Positions 1 through 12,489 of a stretch of DNA of 64,000 bases are shown here, piece after piece. The DNA comes from Hemiscyllium ocellatum (lineage: Eukaryota). The translations under genes and the position numbers were made by a program. Each line of letters begins with the position of its first letter. Positions within the stretch are counted from its first letter, which is position 1. Below the pieces are notes generated by a model. The model saw only the letters and a list, made by a program, of their open reading frames with translations. It was not told the DNA's origin and searched no databases. The stretch is taken from assembly GCF_020745735.1 (NCBI RefSeq), contig NW_026867677.1, positions 62,001-126,000 on the forward strand. Direction: 5' to 3'.

Positions 1-142
1 GCACCGTCCTTCTTCCACTGCACCTCCAGCTCATCGGGATAGAAGTGATTGGCAAGGCACACCAGGGTGGCAGTGCCCTTGGCATTGATCTGCTCTGGGG
101 AGGGAGGCAGCAGGGTCAGCTTGGGCTGAGAGTTGTCATGGC
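1..142 (-). CDS. IGKC: Ig kappa-type (NS4-like) light-chain constant exon, 5' part only (C1; truncated by window edge)
   Basis: Minus strand reads polypyrimidine tract + cag acceptor (143-145), then xHDNSQPKLTLLPPSPEQINAKGTATLVCLANHFYPDELEVQWKKDG. Frame is open and near-identical to the C exon at 35452-35780. Confidence 0.93.
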
Positions 143-429
143 CTGAAAGATAAGAGGAGCAATTTTAATCCCTGTCATTCGAAGGGAATTCAACCTTTAC
201 AATATTCACTGGCAATACAATCTTTTTGAACATTTTTGGTCAATACAGAATAAACCTGACAAATGAACAGGCATTGTTCAAATTGCCTCTTGGGAATGTG
301 AGGGTCACTGGCAGGGCCAGCATTAATTGCCCATCCCTAATTGCCCCTGAGAAGGTGATGGTGAAGCAGCAGAGAGAGAAGGGACAGTTTTAGACCATTG
401 TTTATGGAATGACTGTGAGCAACTGGAAG

Positions 430-1110
430 GGTTATCACTGGGGGAGCATTTCAGCGACAGTGCTCAAAACTCAGTGAGATTGAGACTATGGATGGAAGTG
501 CAGTAAGTGTAAAAGTTTTCATTTAACTAAACTGTGTGGTGCTTTGGTAAAAGTGGACTGGAAGCAGTGACATGATGGGAAATCAGTGTCAAGGCAGTGG
601 GAGCCCTCGATGGACGAGTCAGAGATCATTCAAAATCTGTTCCTACAAAGAGTAAAGGTGGGACTTCCAGATCTAGACCAAATGAACAAGAGGATTGGGG
701 CCATGTCCTGACATGGATTGGGAACTGGTTGGCCGACAGCACAGAAAGAAGGAGTCTTTTTCTGAATGGCAGGTAATTACAACTTAGGGTGTCACAAGGG
801 TCAGTCCTTGGTACCCAGTTATTCATAATATATAATAATAGGGTCAAAGAATCATAGAGACCGAAAAGGCTCATCAGCCAATTGCGTCCATATTGGTCAA
901 CAGACAACAACCCAATAATTGTCATCCATTTTTCCAGCAAAAGGGAATTAGATGCAATGTGTATTAAAGAAGGAATTAGATATAGTTCTTAGGATTAAAG
1001 GGGTGAAAGCATAACAGGGGACTGTGTTGGATGATCAGCCATGAACATACTGAATGGTGGAGCAGGCCTGAAGGGCCGAATGGCCTACTGCTGCTCCTGT
1101 GTTTGATTTT
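430..1110 (+). mobile_element. CR1-type LINE, scrambled EN/RT/3'-end fragments
   Basis: Decayed GVPQGSVLGP-like RT segment (~785-830) and CR1 3' tail (gggccgaatggcctactgctgctcct). Confidence 0.7.
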
Positions 1111-1284
1111 TCGATCTGTTTCTCAGATAATGAAGGAATGTCTCTTGTCAGTTTGAAGCTTGAGGTCAGATGTGTGTGGAGGTGGAAGATGTGGCCATGG
1201 TGATTAATGCAGGTCAGTGAGGTGGTTCAGAAGACACATGGGAGAAACTGTTTTTCTTTTTCCCTTGATGGAATGAGGGAATTG

Positions 1285-1595
1285 CTGGATCAGCAGCATT
1301 TTTTGCCCATCCCTAATCACCCAAAGGGCAGTTTAGAGTCACCCACATTGCTGTGGGTCTGGGGTCACATGGTAAGGATGGCAGTTTTCTTCCCTAAAGG
1401 ACATTAGGGAATCAGATGCTTTTCCTGACAATCAACGATGGTTTCATGGTCATCATTAGACTCTTAATTGCAGATTTTGTTTTGATTGAATTTGAATGCC
1501 ACCATCTGCTGGATTCTAACCCTGGTCCCCAGAACATTACCTGGATCTCTGGATTAACAGTTCAGCAATAACACCATTAGACCATCACCTCCCTT
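1285..1595 (-). mobile_element. tRNA-derived SINE with LINE-like 3' tail (paralog at ~36945-37247)
   Basis: Minus strand begins aggggaggtgatggtctaatgg (A-box-like), then gggttagaatcc (B-box-like), and ends gggatgggcaaaaaatgctg. Confidence 0.6.
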
Positions 1596-1604
1596 ATCTC
1601 ATTT

Positions 1605-2130
1605 TTGGTTGACTGTGAAAGCAAGGAGTTTGTTTATTCTGGAACTGTATAAAACCCCAGTTAGAGCACAGTGAGAGAACTGTGTACGGTTCTGGTCACC
1701 ACATACAGGAAGGATGTGATCCCTCGAGAGACCAGGACAGAGGAAGAGTTTATCTGGAATGGGGACTTTGAGCTTTGAGGAATGATTGGATTGGCTGGGA
1801 CTGTTTTCTTTGGAACAGAGGTGGCTGAGGGAAGATTTGATGGTGGTGTGTAAAATGATGAGGGGCTTGGATAGGGTGTGTAGGAAGGACTGATTTCCAC
1901 CAGCACAGAGGGCAATAACCATGGGGAGAGATTGAAATCAGTTGGGGGCAGGATTAGAGGGGGGTTGAGGGTATTTGTTTTCATCCAGAGGTTGGTGGGA
2001 TGTGGGACTCACTGTCTGAAAGAGTGGGAGAGTCAGAAACACTCATCACATTGAGAAAACACTTAGATATTCACTTGAAACAGCGAAACCTCCAGAGCTA
2101 TGGAGCAAGAGCTGGAAAGTAGGATGGAGC
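1605..2130 (+). mobile_element. CR1 LINE 3' fragment
   Basis: Decayed C-terminal ORF2 (LYKTPVRAQ..LCTVLVTTYRKDV) and 3' end. Confidence 0.75.
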
Positions 2131-2669
2131 TCGATATCTCTTTAACAAACCTCCGATCACCCACAGATCAGGAGAACTTTGTCCGAGAACATTGGAGCAG
2201 ACTCGGATCCACACACATCAGGAAAGAGTCATGTTGGGATGTCTGTGTAGAAGGTTCTAGATTATATTTCAAAACTTGCTGCACACTATTGGGCTAAGAT
2301 TATGGGTGAGGCTGCAAAGAGTCTCAGTGTCCTAGGGTCAGGGTCACTGCTCCTAATGACCTCATGACCCCGGAAGGTGAGAGTGCGCAGACAATGGATG
2401 AGGATCAGGAGACTCCAACCCTTAAGAAAGACTTGCATTTGTATAGCACCTGTCCCCAACTCAGCATGTCCCACTGGATGTTTCCAGCAGACTGTGCACA
2501 GCGAGATCCCAAACCCCATGTGATAATTAGCAGAGAAATACATCCTGAGTGATTTTGACTGTGGGATAAATATTGACCAGGGACACCAGGGGGAACTGCC
2601 TGCTCTTCATCCAATAGTGCCGTGGAATGGCATCTTTCACAACTGAAAGACTCTCAGTTCATCGAAAAA

Positions 2670-3340
2670 ATGAAGAATAGTTCCTTGAAGATGAAGTTGC
2701 AGGTAGGTAGGGTAGTGACAAAGTCATTTGCTTTGCTTTCCTTTATTAGGCAGTGCATTGATTATTGGAGTTGGGAGCTGTTGTGGCTGTACAGGACATT
2801 GGTTAGGGCACTTTTGGAATACTGTGTGCAATTCTGGTCTCCCTGCTACAGGAAAAATGTTTTGGAACTTAAAATGGTTCAGAAAAGATTTACAATGATG
2901 TTGCCAAGGTCGGAGGGTTTGTGCAAAAGGGAGAGGCTGAATAGGCTGAGGCTGTTTTCCCTGGATCATTGCAGGTTGATGGGTGACCGTATAGAGGTTT
3001 ATAAAATCATGAGCGGCATAGATAGGGTGAATAGAGAAGATCTTTTCTCCAGAGTTGGGGAGTCCAGAACTGGAGGGCATAGGCTGAAGGTGACAGGGGA
3101 AAGATTTAGAATGGACCTAAGGGACAACGTTTTCATTCAGAGGGTGTTAAATGTATGGAATGAGCTGCCAGAGGAGGTGGTGAAGGCTGGGACAATTACA
3201 ACATTTAAAAGGCATGGGTATGTAAATAGGAAGAGTTTAGAGGGATATGGGCCACATGCTGGCAAATGGGACTGGATTAATTTCAGATATCTGATCAGCA
3301 TGGACAAATTGGACCAAAGGGTCGGATTCTGTGCTGTCCA
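2670..3340 (+). mobile_element. CR1 LINE 3' fragment (ORF2 C-terminus)
   Basis: ORF 2622-3395 contains LYRTLVRALLEYCVQFWSPCYRK, RLMGDRIEVYKIMSG and FIQRVLNVWNELPEEVV, which are CR1 post-RT motifs. Confidence 0.9.
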
Positions 3341-3699
3341 TCCCTCTGACTCTAATTGTATTTCAATCCAGCCCTTAACATTTTTGGCTCTCTGAAAGAC
3401 ATTTACAGACAGTTTTGTTTGACAAGCAGTCACTGTTGCAATGTCAGTAACGTGGCAGCCAGTTTCTGCACAGCAAGATCCCACTAGAAGCAATGACATC
3501 AAACAGCAATAATGATGTTGGCTCAACGATAACTATTGTCCTGAACTCAACCCAAAGAGAAAGTAATTTGGTTCAGTTGGATGGAAAATGAGAAAATGGA
3601 AGGTAAAGGAGAAGGTAGGATTGCTGGTTAGTGATGGGATTGATTGTTACCAAAAAATAAAAGAAAGGGATGGAAGTTTTGAACATCAAAGTGCATGGA

Positions 3700-6600
3700 A
3701 AATCAATAATAGTACAATATTAAAGAGGTTGTATCTAAATGCACAAAGCATTCCGAGTAAGGGAGTAAAAGTGATGCCACACATTGAGGTAAATTGAGTT
3801 TCTAAGGAATTTAAACTAGTTAAAGTGGAGGACGGCTCAGGAAAGGTTATTCAAGTTTCTAGAAGATGTAAAAGGACAGAGAGTACAGAAAGGATCAGGA
3901 ATCGAACATAAAGCACAGCAAATAAGGGGACAATGATGAGAAGGAGGGCAGTCAATGCAGGACTGGGGGTGTTGTACTTTAATGCACACAATATACACAA
4001 TGAGCTTGTAGTGCAGATTGAAACTGGCAGGTACAATGTTGTGGGTATCACAGAGACATGGCTGTAAGGCAATCCATGCTGGGAACTAAATATCCAAGGA
4101 TACATGTCCCATCAAAAGGACCGGCAGATGGGCAGAGGGGGAAGAGTTGCCTTGTTAGTGAGAAATGAAATTAAATCAATAGCAAGAAGTGATGTAGAGT
4201 CAGAAGGTGTAGAATCTGTGTGGGTAGAGCTGAGGAACTGCAATAAATAAAGAATCTGATGCAAGTTATGTCCAGGTCTCCAAGCAGTAATCAGGGTGTG
4301 GGGAAGGAAATCAGTCAGGAGACAGAAAATGTCAGGGCAGACTTCAATGGATAGGTGGACTGGGTAGTGTATCTCAAGGAAAGGTTTCATAGAATGTCGA
4401 CGAGATGGATTTTGGAGCAGCTTGTGCTTGAGCCATTATGGAACAGGCAGGTCTGGATTCAGTGATGTGTATTGAGGCAAACATGATGAGTGAGTTTAAG
4501 GTGAAAGTATCCCTGTGGATAAATGACCATAATATGATAGAATTCCCCCTGTAGTTTGAGAGGGAGAAGCTGCAATCAGATGGAACAGTATTTCAGTTGA
4601 GTAAAGGTAACTGCAAATACATGAGGAAGGAGCTGGCCAGAGTTGGTTGGAAGGGGAGCAGAGCAGGTAAGATGGTGGGACAGCAAACAGCAGAGTTTCT
4701 GGGGGTAATTCAGGAAACAGAGCAGGAATTCATCCTAAAAAAGAAGAAACATACCAAGGGGAGAACAAGGCAACCATGGCTGATGGGAGAGGTCAAGGAC
4801 AGCATAAAAGCAAAAGAAAAGGCACACAATATGGTGGAGAATAGTGGGAAGCCAGAGGATTAGGAAGTCCTTAAAAACATGTCGAGGGCAATGATAAAAG
4901 CATTAAGGATGGGGAAGGTGAAATGTGGGGGTAAGCGCGCCAGTAATACAAAAGAAGATTTTAAGAGTTTTATCAGATATATAAAAAGGAAGATGGAGGC
5001 AAAAATAGACATTGGATCACCGGAAAATGAGGTTAGAGAAAGAATAATAGAAATTGCAAAGGAATTGAATAGATAATTTGCATTAGTCTGCACCATGGAA
5101 AACACCAGCAGCATACCACTACTTTAAGACTGTTAGGGGGCAGGGGGGCGTGTAGTGGCCATCACTAAGGAGGAGGTACTGGGGAAGCTGGAAGGTCTGA
5201 ATGTGGATAACTCACCCAGACTGGGTGAACTTCATCAGTGTGTTCTGAAGGAGATTGTGGAGGCATTGGTGATGATCTTTCAGGAATCAATGGAGTCGGG
5301 GTGTGACGGTGGGGAGGGATTTGGTGGGGGCAAGGAAATAGAAAATTACTCCAGTAACAGCCCTGTTTCAGAAGGGAGGGAGTTGGAAGATGGGAAATTA
5401 CAGGCCAGTTAGACTGAACTATTTTTGGTAAGGTTTTAGACTTCAATTTAAGGATGAAATTGCAGAGGACTTGGAAGTGCAATGGGAAAATAGGGCAGAG
5501 TCAACACGGCTTCATCAAGGGGAGGTCCTGCCTGGCAAATCTGTTAGAATTCTTTGAGGAGGCAATGAGCCAGTCAGACAAAAGAGAGTCTGAGGAAGTA
5601 ATCTATTTGGATTTTCTTGAAGGCTTTTGACATAAAATAAGAGCCCATAGTGTTAGGGGCAATGTACTGGCAAGGACTGAGGATGGACATGTAGGCTTAA
5701 AGCAGAGAGTGAGGAACAATGGTCGCTGGTGACGAGTAGAGTTTTACAGGTGTCAACGTTGGGACCATAACTATTCACGTTATACATGAACAATCTGGAT
5801 GAAGGAAGTGAAGACATTGTTGCTATGTTTGCAGGTGACATGAGATAGGTGGAGGGACAGATAGTGTTGAAGAAGTGGGAAGACTGAAAAAGCTCCTCGT
5901 TAGGCTCGGAGAGTGGGAAAAGAAGTGACAGATAGAATGCAATGTGTTACACACTTTGGGTTATGCACTTTGTTAGGAAGAAGTAATACAAAAACTGTTT
6001 GCTAAATGAGAAAAGCCTTTGGAAATCTAAAGCACAAACCTCATTCAGGTTTCTCTTAATGTTAACAGGCAGGTGCAGTTTGTGCTTGGGAAGGCAAATG
6101 AAATGATACCATTCATTTCAATAGGGCCAGAATACAAGAGCAGAGATGTACAACTGAGGCTGTGTAAGGCTCTAGTCAGACTGCATTTGGAATGTTGTGA
6201 ACAGATTTGGGACCCATATTCTAAGAAAAAAATTGTTGGCAGTGGAGGGGTTTACAAGAATGATCCTGGGGATGAAGGGATTGTCATATCAGGCACGGTT
6301 GAGGACTCTGGGTCTGTACTCAATGGAGTTTAGAAGGATGAGGAGGGATCTTATTGAAATTTACAGAATACTGATCGGCCTGGATAGAGTGGATGCAGAA
6401 AAGATGTTTTCAAAAACAGGAGAGATTCGATAACCAAGGGACAGCCTCAGAACGAAGGGCCGACTCTTTCGAGCTGAGATGAAGAGGAATTTCTTCAGCA
6501 AGAGGGTGGTGAATCTGTGGAACACATTGTTACAGAGGGCAGTGGAAGCCAAGGCACTGAGTGTATTAAAGACAGAGATAGATAGGTTTGTGATTATTAA

Positions 6601-6700
6601 GGGGATCAAACGTTTCTGTGGAGTAGGCAGGGGGTTGGGGTGAGAAGCATATCTGCCAAGATCAAATGGCAGAGCAGATTCAATGGGCTGAATGGCTGAT
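3700..6700 (+). mobile_element. Decayed CR1 LINE ORF2 (APE endonuclease to 3' end; paralog ~39300-42120)
   Basis: LYLNA.SI and YDVVGITETW endonuclease motifs, RT pieces and CR1 3' tail, with many stops and frameshifts. Confidence 0.88.
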
Positions 6701-6759
6701 TTCTGCTCCTATTTCTTAAAGACTTCTGGAGAGTTTCCCCAAAACCCTGGAACACTGAA

Positions 6760-8755
6760 CCCACTGGACTGTGAGCCCTGCTGTAACTGTTTGTCATCAG
6801 AACTTTGCCAAGAGACAACCAAAGAGTGGAGAGAGTGTGCATCCATATGGGAATTTCAGGATACTTTGCAGTTCCTGGAATGCCATGAGTGTAGGTCAGT
6901 GGCATCAGTTGGAGCTCCGGGTTTCGGAGCTTGAGCAGCAGCTGGTGTCAGTGCGGATCATCCGTGAGGCTGAGAGGTCCATGAAGAGCACGTTTCTAGA
7001 TGTGGTCACTCTGCAGCTTCAGAGTATGCAGGGTGAGAGGGAATGGGGGAGCAGCAGACAGTCCAAAAGGACCAGGCAGCTAGTACAGGAATCCCCTGAG
7101 TGCATCCCACTCTCCAACCAGGATTCAGTTCAGAATCCTGATGAGAATGATGGTTCATCTGCGGAGTGCAGCCAGAGCCAAGTCCCTGGCAGCACGCGTG
7201 GGTCAGCTGTAGAGGGGGGAACAAGAAGACTGGAAGAGTGAGAGAAGCGGAGATTCAAGAGTGAGGGCAATCGATAGATGTTTCTGCAGCTGCAGATGGG
7301 AATCCAGGATGTGTGTTGTCTCCCTGATGCCAGGGTCAAGGATGTCACTGAGCGACTACAGAGCACCCTGAGGGGAGAGGGGGAACAGGCAGCAGTCGTT
7401 GTCCACATCGGTCCCAGTGACAGCGGGAGGAAAGGGATGTGGTCCTCCAGTCAGAATTTAGGGAGCTTGGAAGGAAATTAGGAGCAGGAGCTAAAAGGCT
7501 GGAATCTTCAGATTACTCGCATCACCCCATGCAAGTGAGAGACGAACAAGAGGGTAACACAGGTGACTGTGGAGCTGGAGACAGGGTCCAGGAGGGAGGG
7601 CTTCAGATTTTTGGGACATTGGGAGTGGGTCTGGGGGAGATGGGACCTGGACAGACCAGACAGTGTTGCTCCTGAACAGAGCTGGGGCTGAGTTCCTTTG
7701 GGGTGATTTACTAGTGCTGTTGGAGAGGGTTTAAACTAAGTTGGCAGAGCTGTGGGAGCCAGGGGGGAATATCACAGAGGAACACCAAGGTCCCCAGAAT
7801 TCTCAGTGCAGTCAATAAGTCACCACCCAGTGGGAAGAATGTGGAGGAGTGCAAATGCAAGGAATTTACAGAAACCTGCAAATATGATAGAGTCATTCTA
7901 AGTGGGGGGAAGGAGTCCTTAATTTCTGAATATAGACTGGGGTAGTAGCAATGTAAAGGGCAGAGAGGGGCCAGAGGTGTGAGACTGTGTTCAGGTGAAT
8001 TTTCAGGTGGCATCGTGGCCAGTGAAGAAGGCTGTCTCAGAGTACAATGGGATCTTGACCAACTGGGCCAGTGGTCTGAGGAATGGCAGATGGAATTTAA
8101 TTCAGATAATTGTGAGTGCTGTATTTTGGTAAGACACAGGAGATGGGTGAGATCCTCAACAAATATTTCAGGTCAGTATTTATTGTGGAGAAGGACATGA
8201 ATGCGACGGAATTTGGAAAAAATAGTGATGCTTTCAAAAAGTCCACAATACAAATGAGGAGATGTGAAAGGTCTTAAAACATATGAAGGTAGGTAAATCC
8301 CTAGGACCTGATCAGGTGTATCCCAGAACATTGTGGGAAATGAGGGAATAGATTGCTGGGCCCCTTGCTGAGATATGTTTATCATCGACAGCTACAGGTA
8401 AGATGTTGGAGAACCAGAGAGGTTGGCTAATGTTGTACCATTATTTCAGAATGGCTGTAAGGAAAAGTTAGGGAACTATAGACCAGTGAGCATGATGTCA
8501 GTGCTGGGTAAGATGTTGGAGTGGATTCTGAGGGACAAGATTTCCATCCATTTGGATAATCAATGTGGTTTTGTGCGTGGCAAATTGTGTCTCCCTGATT
8601 TAATTGAGGAGTTGACAAAGAAGATTGATGAAGGCAGAACAGTAGACACTGTCTGTATGGACTTCAGTAAAGTATTTGAAAAGGTTCCACATGATAGAAT
8701 GGTTAGTAAGGTTAGACCACATGGGATTGAGGGGGAGCTAGCCATTTGGGTAAAA
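6760..8755 (+). mobile_element. CR1 LINE with ORF1 (esterase/SGNH-like) remnants and ORF2 pieces (paralog ~42200-45190)
   Basis: QLELRVSELEQQL coiled-coil; VCCLPDARVKDVTERLQ..GEGEQAAVVVHIG esterase-like segment; ANVVPLFQNG..GNYRPVS RT start. Confidence 0.85.
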
Positions 8756-9800
8756 TCAGTGAGTAGCCTCCTGCCAGTCTCAGTGTGACGGACACGGGCA
8801 GAGTTTGATGTGAGCTCTGGCTCCCTGTCCCAGTCTCTGATCTCACTGACCTCAGCAGCAGCAGCAGCAGCAGCAGCACAGTGAGACACCGAGCTCCCAC
8901 CTCCCCCAGCTTTAACTCTGCTCAATCACACAATCACCGAATCGTTACAGTGCGTAAGGAGGCCATTCCACCCATCTTGTCTGTACTGGTTCTCTGAATT
9001 CACAATTCACTGAGTGTCATTCTCCTGCCTTCTCCCTGTCACCCTGCACATTGTTCCTTTTCAAATAACAGTCTCATTCCGTTCGGAATGTTTCAATTGA
9101 AGCTGCCTCCACCACACTCTCAGGCCGTGCATTCCACACCTTAACCACCCACTGGCTGAAAATGTTTTTCCTCATTTCACTTTTGTTACTTTTCCAAATT
9201 ACTTTCAATCTGTGGTCTCTCAGTCTCAATCCTTTCTCAATTGGGAACATTTTCTCGCTATTTATTCTGTTCAGGCCCCTCTTGATTTTGAATTGCTCAA
9301 ATAAATCTCCTTCCAGCCTTTTCCAAATAAGACAGCCCCAAATTCTCCACTAGATCTTCATAACTGATGTTCCTCATCCCTGGAATGACCTTTGGGAATA
9401 TAATTTGTCATCTACCCAAAACATTCACATGCTTCCTCAATTAGTCACATTATCTATGTCCCTCATGATTTTATAAATTTCTCAGCCTCTGATACTGCAG
9501 GGAAAATTGCACCAGTTTATTCATCCTCTCCCTATCGTTCAAACCCTCCAAGTCCTAGCAAAATCTTTGTAAATCTTTTTCTGCACCTTTTAAAAGTTTA
9601 ACAATATCCTTCCTATCACACAATGATCAGAATTGTTCACATTATTCCCAAAATGGCCTCACCAATTTCCTGTATATCTGCAACATGATGTCCCAACTCC
9701 TATACTCAATACAGTGACCACTAAAGGCAAACGTTCCGAACACCTTCTTCATCGCCCTGACTCCCTGTGATCCAGTTTTAAGGAATGATGCAGCTTACAC
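8756..9800 (+). repeat. Inverted copy of the J-proximal J-C intron (reverse complement of ~45515-47177)
   Basis: 8756-8937 is the reverse complement of ~46990-47177. The following CR1 pieces match 45515-46980 in reverse, without the 46389-46590 insertion. Confidence 0.92.
8853..8876 (+). repeat. (CAG)8 microsatellite
   Basis: Direct count; the paralog is (CTG)12 at 47044-47079. Confidence 0.95.
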
Positions 9801-9808
9801 TTACACTT

Positions 9809-9910
9809 CACTCCCCAGTCATGGAGCATGGGCCCTGGGTCTCCCCTCACTCCCCAGTCACGGAGCCTGGGCCCTGGGTCTCCCCGTTACTCCCCAGTCA
9901 TGCAGCCTGG
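9809..9910 (+). repeat. ~39-bp minisatellite, ~2.6 copies
   Basis: Unit cactccccagtcatggagcatgggccctgggtctcccct, repeated. Confidence 0.85.
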
Positions 9911-10679
9911 ATCACCCTCTGTTCCCACCCCCTCCCCCTGTCACAGAGTCTGGGACCGAATCATGAAGTAACTCTCCGAGCCTTGAATGTGCCATCACAG
10001 GACAGCAAGGAAAATCCCAGTTGAAGGAGAGGATGACATGCTGGGCTACGTTGTCTCGAGGAAGCTGTTCAATATTGAATGGAACCAGCAGGAAAGGGCT
10101 GGACACCCAAGTCTCTGGGCCGTAAGCAAATGGGAATGGGACATGGTACAGGCAGATGCACAGAGACGGACAATCACATAGAGAAGACCAAACTAGAAAT
10201 GAGACACTAATACACAGTAGGTGGAGTTTAAAGACAGAAAGTGGAAGGTCATGCACTTCAGTAGGCATAATCAAAATACAGATTATTATTTAAATGGAGA
10301 GAGATTCCAACAAAGTGCAGTGCAGAGGGATCTGGGTGTTTTTCTGCAAGAAACACAGAAAGTTAGTGCAGGTGCAGCAAGTCATTGAGAAGGTGAATGG
10401 AATTGACGCCTTTATTGCTTGGCTTAAAATGTTAAAGTAGAGAAACCTTGTTATAACTGTACAAGGTGTTCGTGAGTCTGCACATGGAGTACTGTGTGCA
10501 GTTTTGGTCCATGTACTTACGAAAGCATTGACTGGCATTGGAGTCCTCCTCCTGCTCTTATTTCCCATGGTCTTGTGTGCTCCAGTGCCATTCCCTCAGA
10601 GAGAACTGGTTTGGAGACTGCCTGCAGTAGCAGCCTCCAGCCTCTGGGTGGTGCCTTGCCCAGCCTCCTGATTCCTCTC

Positions 10680-10858
10680 TGTATCCAAGGAACAGGAGAT
10701 TCGACATTTTGGGCATAAGCCCTTCTTCCTGAGGAAGGGCTTATGCCCGAAATGTCGAATCTCCTGTTCCTTGGATGCTGCCTGACCTGCTGCGCTTTTT
10801 CAGCAACACATTTTCAGCTCTGATCTCCAGCATCTGCAGACCTCACTTTCTCCTCCCA
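10680..10858. mobile_element. Palindromic PLE-derived short element with hammerhead-like core
   Basis: 45-bp inverted arms (10681-10725 / 10734-10778, 2 mismatches). CUGAGGA-A-GGGC(UUAU)GCCC-GAAA-U-GUC at 10729-10756. Candidate 9-bp TSD attcctctc (10671-10679 / 10859-10867). Confidence 0.75.
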
Positions 10859-11234
10859 ATTCCTCTCCCCAGTCTCCTGCTGCAGCAGGTGGGGCGGTGA
10901 TATAATGGACCACTCGGTTATCCTCAATCCCTCCCCCATCTCCCAAACTCTCCAATCTGGTCTTCCACCGCTTGACTGGCAGCTGTGCCTTCAGTCTCCC
11001 AGGCCGTCAGCACGGGGATTTCCTCCACAAACCCCTCTCACTTCTTCAAATGAGTTCTTTGTCTTCTTTTGGTCATCAGCAAAAACACTATATGTGCCCA
11101 ACTTTTGGATGGTTCCTACATTAAAGATGTTATGTCAATACAAATTGTTATTGTTGCTATTACTGACTAGAAGTCATTTATTGACAGGTTTCACTGATAT
11201 AAAAGGAAAGGGAGTGACCACTGGCTGTGGAGAG

Positions 11235-11590
11235 GTGATCATTTTCAGCCAGCTGTACCATCACCACCAGCTCACCAAGCTTCCTTGAGATAGCACCTTC
11301 CAAACCCATCAACAGTTCCATCTCAAAGGATAGGGGCAACAGACATATAAGGACACCACACCCTGAAACATCCCCTTCTGGTCACTCACCACCCTGACTT
11401 GGAAATATATCATTATTCCTTCACTGTCACTGGGAAAAAAATCTGGAATTCCCTCCCAAAGAGCATTGTGGGTCTTTCTACAGTACATGGACTGCAGCAG
11501 TTCAAGAAGGCAGTGCACCACCACCTTCACAGGGCAGCTAGAGATGGGTATAAAATGCCAGCAAAACCAGTGATGCCCACATCTCATGAA
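11235..11590 (+). mobile_element. Non-LTR LINE 3' end
   Basis: Tail KIWNSLP..GLQQFKKAVHHHL ending in gatgggtataaaatgccagc..tgaatgaat; same family as ~51100-52900. Confidence 0.65.
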
Positions 11591-12489
11591 TGAATTTTAA
11601 GAAGCTCCTTTGCTTTGCCATCTCCCTCCTACCCAGCCAATACTCAGGCCTCACTGACTGCTTGGGTTTTATTTTCCAGCCTCTTCCATTCTCTGCTCCG
11701 TGTCCTAGCCCCAATGTCCTGGTCAATAGCTCGCTGTTATTGTGGGAGCCTGCTGAGAGTAAACGGGCTGATGCATTCCCCACATTACAACATTGTCTCC
11801 ACATCAGAAGTATCCCATTGACTTTAAACAGCATTGAACATCATGAGCTCATGAATGGTGTAACAGAAATACAATTCTCTCTCCTTTTGTTTCCTCTCCA
11901 TGCCTTCCCATCTGTCTCCTCACAACATCCCCTCCTTGTTTAAAATCTAGACTGACTCCTACTTCTCTGGAAAACATTACACTGTGATAACATTAGAGAC
12001 TGATGACCACCTTCTTGGTGGGCTTTGAGTGTGAAGGTCAATAACACTCTTATTGGGACTTGATCTGGGTTGTCTCCAGTCAGTCAGTGTTATTGTTCTG
12101 GGGCCAGACAGTGCTGACCAATCTTAGACCCTGTGATCTGATTGAGATGGAGGGTGAACTGTACCCGGTATTGACACACGGGTCAGTATAATGAAGCAGG
12201 GATTACCCATTTCACAAGAAAGTAAATGGAATTAACAAACCAGGGGTGGCTGTCAAGCCCCTCCCTGATGCTGAGAGAGTTGGGGGACAGGAGCAGTCAA
12301 ATCCTCAGACAGAAAGGATGCTCAAAATGGCATGGCCTCAAAGAGGGAGGGTAGAGGAACAACTACACTCCCCTGAGAGAGAGGGGACAGTTATAGTGAC
12401 ACTCTCCAGAGAAAGGAGACAGTAACTGTCTGTTACCCATTTTCTTGTTATGTTCTGATGAATGACCTTGGGAAATTGGTTTGGTTTAT

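Larger units (their letters stand above)
1..8755. repeat. Segmental duplicate (direct orientation) of 35639-44580: C exon plus most of the J-C intron
   Basis: Colinear sequence with the same LINE/SINE fragments in the same order; paired ORFs such as 1207-1407/36860-37225 and 2622-3395/38286-38925. Roughly 85-90% identity by eye. Confidence 0.95.

Noticed and set aside
8560-8925. Poly-Ala/poly-Leu ORFs resembling signal peptides (also 47020-47256)
   Set aside because: They are translations of the CAG/CTG microsatellite within intron sequence.
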